Sequence record: SRR22947725_618
Length of the DNA: 33,875 nucleotides
Direction: 5' to 3' (one strand)
The position numbers and the translations under genes are program-made. The first letter of the stretch is position 1; every line of letters begins with the position of its first letter. Under the pieces are notes generated by a model. The model was given only the letters and a program-made list of their open reading frames with translations. It did not search any database and was not told where the DNA came from. Shown piece by piece: positions 8,716 through 15,553 of this stretch.

Positions 8716-9732
8716 ATGCTGCGTTCCCTGCTCTTTTTCTCTTTGATAATTATAATCCTTACAGCATTCGCTTTACTCTCTTCTAAAAGTTCACCACAGG
8801 CACTTGTTGTTTATTGCTCGCACGATTCAATTTTTGCTGAAGAAGTCTTTCAAAAGTTCACATTGAAAACAGGTATCAAAGTCATCCCCCGTTATGATAC
8901 AGAGGCAAGTAAATCCTTAGGGCTAACAGAGAAAATTCTTCGCGAAAAAGAAAATAGCGATTGCGACGTCTATTGGAGTAATGAAATGTTCTCCATGGCT
9001 GCCCTAAAAGACGCTGAACTTTTAAAGCCCTACCAAAGCCGTAACGGATCTCGTATCCCGGCAAAATTCAAAGATAAGGATGGCTATTGGTGTGGCTTTT
9101 CAGCTCGTATGCGGGTCATCATCTATAACACAGAGAAAATTAAAGATGTGAGTCATATTAGTAATAATTTTACTGAAGAGGATCTATCCAGAGTAACTAT
9201 CGCCCTCCCTCTTTATGGAACCACGCTAACACACTTTGCCATGCTGCAGTCTCTAGGTAATTCAAATGACCTTAAAAGCGCCTATAAAAATTGGCAAGAG
9301 AGATCTCTGCAAATTGTCGCTGGGAATGGCCCTGCGAGAAACTTGGTCGCCAATGGTAACTGTGACTATGGCTGGACCGATACAGATGATTATTTTGGAG
9401 CCGTCGACAAAGGCTCTCCTGTAAAAATGAAGCCGGCCAGATTACCGAATAAGCAAACGATCATCATTCCAAATACAGTTGGTATAATCACTCATACCAC
9501 CAAGACTAAGATTGCACAAAAATTCGTCGACTACCTCTTATCCGCAGAGAATGAAATCTACTTAGCCAAATCTAAATCTCGACAACTACCGCTTGGCCCA
9601 ATCACGCAAGTATTACCCGAAGATGTAAATAGCCTCATGCCCTATATCCAAGAAAGCTGCGACCTTAAAGGCTGTTTTAAAGAGCGCGACTCTCTTATAA
9701 ACTGGCTAAAAGAAGTACATCAGCTCAAATGA
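8716..9732 (+). CDS. ABC transporter substrate-binding protein, FbpA/AfuA-like family
   Basis: N-terminal signal or anchor, then LVVYCS, F..KTGIKV, DVYWSNE, LLKPYQS, IPAKFKDKDGYWCG..ARMRVIIYN, AQKFVDYLLS.E.E. Start set to ATG 8716 (GAGGA SD, 1 nt after the upstream stop). Confidence 0.85.
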   Translation: MLRSLLFFSLIIIILTAFALLSSKSSPQALVVYCSHDSIFAEEVFQKFTLKTGIKVIPRYDTEASKSLGLTEKILREKENSDCDVYWSNEMFSMAALKDAELLKPYQSRNGSRIPAKFKDKDGYWCGFSARMRVIIYNTEKIKDVSHISNNFTEEDLSRVTIALPLYGTTLTHFAMLQSLGNSNDLKSAYKNWQERSLQIVAGNGPARNLVANGNCDYGWTDTDDYFGAVDKGSPVKMKPARLPNKQTIIIPNTVGIITHTTKTKIAQKFVDYLLSAENEIYLAKSKSRQLPLGPITQVLPEDVNSLMPYIQESCDLKGCFKERDSLINWLKEVHQLK

Positions 9733-11096
9733 CAGTTATAGTTTTCCTGTCCCTTATCAGAGCTCTTACCATAGGGATTATTTGTCTTTATATAAGCCTA
9801 ATCATCTATAAGGCCTTTATTGCTCAACGCGGTATAAGAAAAAAAATAATTTTTGGGGCCACTCTTTTACCTTTTGTTATTCCACCTCTCTTACCTGGCT
9901 ATGCTTACTCTGCGTTTAAATACAACACACAAACAAGCCCTTACCTTAACGAAATCATCTATGCAATCATTCTTATGGGGAAAACATTACCTATAGGTTT
10001 CCTGTGCCTTTACCTCCTCAATTATTCGCCAGAAAACTCTGCAAAAACATGTGCTCAACTTAGCCCTCGTCCGACGCTGCCCTTAAAAGTCAAATATCGC
10101 ATCCATCTACTCGGTTCACTTTTATGTGGTTTAATCATTTTCCACGATTATGAAGTTGCCTCTATAATGCGCATACCTCATTGGAGTATTGATGTCTTCA
10201 ATGCCCATGCTGGTGGGCTCTCACAAAGCTTAGTCAATAGTATCAAAATGATTATCTTGCCACTAAGCCTTACATCTGTTATTGCCTTAGCGGCCGTATA
10301 TTTCTTTAAGCAACCGACAATTGAAATGAGGAAGCGCCCTATTGCGGTCAATTCAAACACCTCCCTTAAAGTATCCATCTTCTATCTTAGCTTGATCCTT
10401 ACTATTATTTTCTTATTCCCTTTAGCCATAATATTTAATGGTGCTATCGGCGGCTTTGGCGAAGTTCTTCAATCGCAATGGATGCTCAAAGAAAGCGGCT
10501 ACAGCTTAGCTTTTACTTTAGTCGCGATAGTTTGCCTTAATCTCCTGGCACAAATCAAATTTATGAACCCAATGAAGTCGAAGTCATACTTCTTGGCTCT
10601 GCCCGGCTTATGCGGTCCTCTAATTCTCGGGCTTATCATTCTTACTGTATTTCAGAGTACACTTTTCAGTTTTTTATCCTCGACTGTCATCCCCCTTAGC
10701 TTAGCTCTTATACTTCATGCTCTCCCTCTTCAAATACTCATGAGCCTATTCTATCAGAACTCACTCAACGGCAAGGCTCTGTCGACTGCTAACTTACTTC
10801 CTAAAAAGCAAGGAAATAAAATTCTTTGGAGTTTAAAGGTCGCGCCTTTAATCATGAGTCAGGCACCCGTCTTTTGCTGGCTTTGGTTTGACCTAACGCT
10901 CAATACATTATTAGCACCGAGTAATATGCCCGGAATCTTCCCGAGACTCTATAATCTCATGCATTACAATGAAAACCAAAAGCTTTCTGCCACTGTTTTT
11001 ATTGTAGTTTTTGTGCCTCCGCTTATTTTGGCAATAAGCCTATTATTATCTCGAATTGGATTTCTATGGAACAAGAACAAAAGCTCTGGCAATTAA
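9729..11096 (+). CDS. ABC transporter permease, FbpB-like two-domain type, divergent
   Basis: About 12 hydrophobic segments, LLPFVIPPLL and LALPGLCG motifs at equivalent places in two halves. Lies between binding protein (ATGA overlap) and ATPase. Confidence 0.75.
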   Translation: MTVIVFLSLIRALTIGIICLYISLIIYKAFIAQRGIRKKIIFGATLLPFVIPPLLPGYAYSAFKYNTQTSPYLNEIIYAIILMGKTLPIGFLCLYLLNYSPENSAKTCAQLSPRPTLPLKVKYRIHLLGSLLCGLIIFHDYEVASIMRIPHWSIDVFNAHAGGLSQSLVNSIKMIILPLSLTSVIALAAVYFFKQPTIEMRKRPIAVNSNTSLKVSIFYLSLILTIIFLFPLAIIFNGAIGGFGEVLQSQWMLKESGYSLAFTLVAIVCLNLLAQIKFMNPMKSKSYFLALPGLCGPLILGLIILTVFQSTLFSFLSSTVIPLSLALILHALPLQILMSLFYQNSLNGKALSTANLLPKKQGNKILWSLKVAPLIMSQAPVFCWLWFDLTLNTLLAPSNMPGIFPRLYNLMHYNENQKLSATVFIVVFVPPLILAISLLLSRIGFLWNKNKSSGN

Positions 11097-12847
11097 CGGC
11101 ACTTTCTAAAGCAGGCTTCAAAGGTCAGCGCCTTGATTCGATTAACGGCATCATCCCCAAAGGCATCGTCGCCATTGCAGGCCAATCTGGCGCCGGTAAA
11201 ACAACCCTTTTAAACATTCTTAGTAAGCAGGAAATGGCCGACAAGGGTGAAATCATCAGCTTCTATGAGCAAAACTCCTGCCCTTTCTTTATCGTTCCTC
11301 AAGATTTTGGTCTCTGGCCTCATCTCACTGTCATTGATCATCTACTTAAAGTTATGCCCAAAGCATGCAGAACTATAGCGGAAAAGCTTTTAGCCGATTT
11401 TGATCTCACAAATAAAGCTCAAGAATACGTTGAGTTTTTATCCCAAGGCGAATGCTCTCGCCTGAGTATCGCACGGGCCATAGCAACAAACACCAAAGTC
11501 CTCATTATGGATGAGCCCTTAGCCAATGTCGATTCCGGTCGCAAAGGTAAATACTGGCATGCGCTCTTAGAGTTTATCGAACAAAATGACGCCTCGCTTA
11601 TTTTTTCAACACATGAGGCTGCCGAAATCCTCGCTTATGCTCAGACTGTTCTCTGCCTCCACAAAGGCCAGTTAACTGACTTAGATTCTGTGGAAAACAT
11701 TTATAGAAATCCTTCTTCGGCGGAAACTGCGGCTCTTCTTGGTCCTGGAAATTGGCTAAAGGATAACAGCCCGTTTGAACTCGCTAAAAACTTCTATCGC
11801 CCCGAGGAACTTAGTCTCCAAGAATATGTTGATAGTCCATTCACTGTTAAGCAATCGCGCTTCTTCGGCAGGTGCTACGAAAGCCTTATTTGTAATGGCA
11901 CGACACAAAGCACCCTCTTTCATAGCCCTACAGATAAAATAAAAGTCGGCCTCAGAGTCATCGTTACGGCCCTTTTATTTCTCTTAGTCTCCTGCTCTCC
12001 TCAACACGAGACGTTGTCATTTAAAACCGTTACATCGTGGAATATCCCAGCTGCTGGTAAAAAGCTACCCGGCCCAAGAGCCATAACATGTGGCCAAAAT
12101 AATGAGGTTATTGTCCTCGATGATGCGGGCCGACTCCTCGTCTATAATAAGGATGGTAAACTAAAGCGATCCTGGGATATGCCAGAGACTCATCTTGGGC
12201 ACCCTGAAGGCGTCACTGTATTTGAAGATGGTAAAATTGCTGTTGCCGATACCCACTATGCTCGTGTTGTTGTCTTTAATGCCGACGGAAGTGAAGCCTT
12301 TCGCTTTGGGAGCCGAGGCGAAGAGCCAGGACAATTTTATAGCCCCGTTGGTATCACTGTCGATAAGGATGGAAATATCTATGTCTGCGAATACGGCTTT
12401 AATGATCGCATTCAAAAATTTACTAAAGAAGGAAAATTTCTCGCTAGTTTTGGCACCAGTGGTGTCGAGCCCGGCAATATGCAGAGAGCTTCAGATATGG
12501 TCTGGAATAAAGGTTTGCTTTATGTAGCTGACGCCGTCAATAACCGCATTCAAGTCTTTAAAGATAATGGTAAATTCCTCAGCATCCTCAAACAAGGAAC
12601 TGAAGAACTCCCCCTCTACCTACCATATGATATAGACCTCGGCCCTCAAGGGAATTTATGGATCATTGAATATGCAAATTGCCGACTCACCAAAACGACT
12701 CTAGAAGGTCAACTGCTAGGAACATTCGGTTCTGCCGGCATGGACGTTAATCAATTCAAAAACCCTTGGGGCTTATCTGTGAGTCAAGATGGAAGTATCT
12801 ATGTTGCAGATACCGCCAATAGACGAATTATTGTCCTGAGGCCATAA
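11066..12847 (+). CDS. ABC ATPase fused to a six-bladed NHL beta-propeller
   Basis: Walker A GQSGAGKTT, Q-loop VPQDFGLWPHLTV, signature LSQGE, Walker B LIMDEP, H-loop STH. Then hydrophobic VIVTALLFLLVSC and six NHL repeats (e.g. FYSPVGITVDKDGNIYV, FKNPWGLSVSQDGSIYVADTANRRI). Confidence 0.9.
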   Translation: MEQEQKLWQLTALSKAGFKGQRLDSINGIIPKGIVAIAGQSGAGKTTLLNILSKQEMADKGEIISFYEQNSCPFFIVPQDFGLWPHLTVIDHLLKVMPKACRTIAEKLLADFDLTNKAQEYVEFLSQGECSRLSIARAIATNTKVLIMDEPLANVDSGRKGKYWHALLEFIEQNDASLIFSTHEAAEILAYAQTVLCLHKGQLTDLDSVENIYRNPSSAETAALLGPGNWLKDNSPFELAKNFYRPEELSLQEYVDSPFTVKQSRFFGRCYESLICNGTTQSTLFHSPTDKIKVGLRVIVTALLFLLVSCSPQHETLSFKTVTSWNIPAAGKKLPGPRAITCGQNNEVIVLDDAGRLLVYNKDGKLKRSWDMPETHLGHPEGVTVFEDGKIAVADTHYARVVVFNADGSEAFRFGSRGEEPGQFYSPVGITVDKDGNIYVCEYGFNDRIQKFTKEGKFLASFGTSGVEPGNMQRASDMVWNKGLLYVADAVNNRIQVFKDNGKFLSILKQGTEELPLYLPYDIDLGPQGNLWIIEYANCRLTKTTLEGQLLGTFGSAGMDVNQFKNPWGLSVSQDGSIYVADTANRRIIVLRP

Positions 12848-12848
12848 A

Positions 12849-13721
12849 GTGATTATTGAGTCAAAATACCTTAAAGCTGAATTCTCTACTAAAGGCGGCG
12901 AGCTCATTAGTTTACAGGACCAAAAAGGCGCCCAATATATTTGGCAAGGCGCTGAAGGGCTTTGGCCAGGGAAAGCCCCTATTCTTTTCCCAATATGCGG
13001 CTTCCTTAAAGAAAATTTTTATTACTATAAAAATGATCAATACTTCATGCAGGTTCACGGCTTTGCTGCCAATAGTCAATTCGAAATTACCGAGAAGAGC
13101 CTACAGAGTATCACTTTTACTTTGAAGTCTTCATCTCGCACTAAAATGCACTACCCTTTTGATTTTAATTTCCAACTTCAATACAGCCTGAATAAGAGCA
13201 CACTAGAAGCTAAAATTAGTGTACATAATGAAAGCGATAATAGGATTCTCTTTTCTTACGGATGGCATCCCGGCTTTGCCCTTAATTGGCAAAAAAATGA
13301 TAGTATAGACAACTACTACATTGCTCTCCCAGACAACCAAGATTTAATGAGAAGACCGGTTAACGAAGATGGCCTTCTTCAAAATGAGCTTGAAGTGATG
13401 AAGATCAACCCAAATAACACTTTCTCTCTTAGCCAAAACTCTTTTGATCAAAGAGCGATAGTCCTCGAAAATTACCCCTATACTGAAGTCTCTCTTCGCC
13501 ATATTCATTCAGCTAAGTCAATTGACCTCTATTTTGAAAATTTTAAAAACTTAGCTTTATGGGGCCAGAAATCTGCCAACTTCGTTTGTCTTGAGCCATG
13601 GAATGGCCTCGGAGACCTTGAGGATCACAACAATCAATTCATAGACAAAAAAGGCCTCATAAAACTTCCTTCAAAAAAGTCTCATGAGGCAAAAGTGCGC
13701 CTAACTATAAACAGTGACTAA
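12849..13721 (+). CDS. Aldose 1-epimerase family protein (LacX-like)
   Basis: GGELISL, YIWQG..W...APILFPICG, HGFA, YPFDF, GWHPGF, FVCLEPWNG. GTG start 1 nt after the upstream stop. Confidence 0.92.
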   Translation: MIIESKYLKAEFSTKGGELISLQDQKGAQYIWQGAEGLWPGKAPILFPICGFLKENFYYYKNDQYFMQVHGFAANSQFEITEKSLQSITFTLKSSSRTKMHYPFDFNFQLQYSLNKSTLEAKISVHNESDNRILFSYGWHPGFALNWQKNDSIDNYYIALPDNQDLMRRPVNEDGLLQNELEVMKINPNNTFSLSQNSFDQRAIVLENYPYTEVSLRHIHSAKSIDLYFENFKNLALWGQKSANFVCLEPWNGLGDLEDHNNQFIDKKGLIKLPSKKSHEAKVRLTINSD

Positions 13722-14599
13722 ACTGAGCAGCGATCAAACGCTTCGACAAGTCCTTCATAAGGATCTGTTGTCGGTATAAACTCATGGGCGATATAACCGC
13801 GATACCCAACTTCATTGAGCTTCTTAATGACTGCCGGGTAATTAATTTCCTGATTATCGCCAATTTCATTTCGCCCTGGGCATCCTGCTGTATGAATATG
13901 ACCGATGATATCCTTATTGGCTTCTATACGGGTAATCAGATCACCATGCATAACCTGCACGTGATAGATATCAAAAAGCAGCTTTAAATTAGGTGAGCCT
14001 ATTTTACGGATTATCTCACCACAGTATTCAATAGAGTCGCCCGCAAATCCAGGGTGCCCCTTCATATTTGTCGAAACCCGTGAATTGAGCATTTCCATCT
14101 GTAAAGTAATGCCTTTTTTCTCAGCATAACCAACAATTTTCTTGTAAGCTTTGAGGCAATTCTTCATACCCTCTTCCAGAGAGACTTTACCACCGCCATG
14201 CTTACTACTATCGTGATAGCCGACAAAAGTGATTACATTTTTAGATCCAAAAGCTGCTGTCTCATCAATATATTTTTTCAAAGCGGCAATATTTTCTGAA
14301 TGAAAATTTGGATGATTCATTCCTTTCGTAAATGGATGACCTTTCGTCATTGAACACTCAAGGCCCGCGGCTTTCAATTTCGGCCAATACTTAGTAGGAA
14401 TAAGTTCTAAGCCGTCACAACCCAATTTCTTGGCTGCTGAAATAGCTTCATCAATTCCCCAAACGCCATTATAGCACCACAGGCAAAATGACTTCTTAAA
14501 AGGAAACGTTTTGGTAACTGCCGAAGAGTTTGAAGCACAAGAAGCTGCCCCCAGTGCTAAAGTCCCACTGGCAGCTTTTAAAAGAGAACGACGATCCAT
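13718..14599 (-). CDS. Tat-exported hydroxypyruvate isomerase-like TIM-barrel protein
   Basis: N-terminus MDRRSLLK...LALGAASC; motifs EMLNS, LLFDIYHVQ, GHIHTAG.PGRNE, QEINYP, YIAHEF. Confidence 0.88.
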   Translation of the reverse strand: MDRRSLLKAASGTLALGAASCASNSSAVTKTFPFKKSFCLWCYNGVWGIDEAISAAKKLGCDGLELIPTKYWPKLKAAGLECSMTKGHPFTKGMNHPNFHSENIAALKKYIDETAAFGSKNVITFVGYHDSSKHGGGKVSLEEGMKNCLKAYKKIVGYAEKKGITLQMEMLNSRVSTNMKGHPGFAGDSIEYCGEIIRKIGSPNLKLLFDIYHVQVMHGDLITRIEANKDIIGHIHTAGCPGRNEIGDNQEINYPAVIKKLNEVGYRGYIAHEFIPTTDPYEGLVEAFDRCSV

Positions 14600-14692
14600 A
14601 AACTGTTTCCTATTTTTTTTAATACAAAATAACTCGACTCAATGTTTTAAGATAGAACTTTTGCGTCCAATTCTATGAATTTTAGGGACAAT

Positions 14693-14726
14693 AAAAAAGC
14701 CCGGCTCTCATAAAAGAACCGGGCTT
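14693..14726 (-). terminator. Intrinsic terminator after purQ
   Basis: Minus strand AAGCCCGGTTCT-TTTATG-AGAGCCGGGC followed by TTTTTT. Confidence 0.85.
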
Positions 14727-14745
14727 AAAACAAAAATAGAAAAAC

Positions 14746-15552
14746 TTAGACTAAATTTTCCTTGGCAAAATCTACCGCATTGCGGAACATTTTCTGACCA
14801 AGACCTTCTTTAGGAAGAGTGCCATTGATTTTCTGATGTGTCCAATGGGGGTGATTGAATGGAGAAAGATAAGCTTCAGGGTGTGGCATAAGACCAAATA
14901 CACGACCTGTTTTATCACAAATACCCGCAATATCATTTGCAGAACCATTTGGGTTCAACGGGAACTCTGATGTTTGCTCCCCAGAAACTGGATCTGCATA
15001 GCGAACGGCAACATAACCGCCATCTTCTAATTGCTTAAGAACTTCATCATTCATCGGTACAAATTTTCCTTCTCCATGACGGATAGGAACTGGAACCAAG
15101 TCCATACCTTTAGTAAAGACACAAGGAGACTTGTCATTAACTTTGAGTGTCACCCAAGAATCACGGAAAACACCACTATCATTGTGCTGAAGGGCAACTT
15201 CTTGATTAAACAAACCGTCAATAGCTGGGACAATTCCCATTCTAGTAATTGTCTGAAATCCATTACAAATACCAATTACCAATTTGCCCGCAGCAATAAA
15301 CTCTTCGAGCTGAGCTTTGAGGCCATATTTTACACGGTTTGAAAAAACAGTTCCTGCTCCTAAGTGGTCACCAAAGGAGAAACCACCGATAAAAGCGAGT
15401 ATTTGGTAGTCTGATAATTTACCAGGCTCTTCTAATAGGTCATTTAAATGAATGCGGCTTACTTGTGAACCCGCAGTCTCGAAGGCGGCTGAGGTTTCCT
15501 TTTCACAATTCAGGCCAAAACCGGTAATTATTAAAGTTTTTACAGTGCTCAT
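14746..15552 (-). CDS. purQ: FGAM synthase glutaminase subunit
   Basis: G.NCE.ET, GGFSFGD, GICNGFQ, HGEG, NPNGS, GLMPHPE. Confidence 0.96.
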   Translation of the reverse strand: MSTVKTLIITGFGLNCEKETSAAFETAGSQVSRIHLNDLLEEPGKLSDYQILAFIGGFSFGDHLGAGTVFSNRVKYGLKAQLEEFIAAGKLVIGICNGFQTITRMGIVPAIDGLFNQEVALQHNDSGVFRDSWVTLKVNDKSPCVFTKGMDLVPVPIRHGEGKFVPMNDEVLKQLEDGGYVAVRYADPVSGEQTSEFPLNPNGSANDIAGICDKTGRVFGLMPHPEAYLSPFNHPHWTHQKINGTLPKEGLGQKMFRNAVDFAKENLV

Positions 15553-15553
15553 T

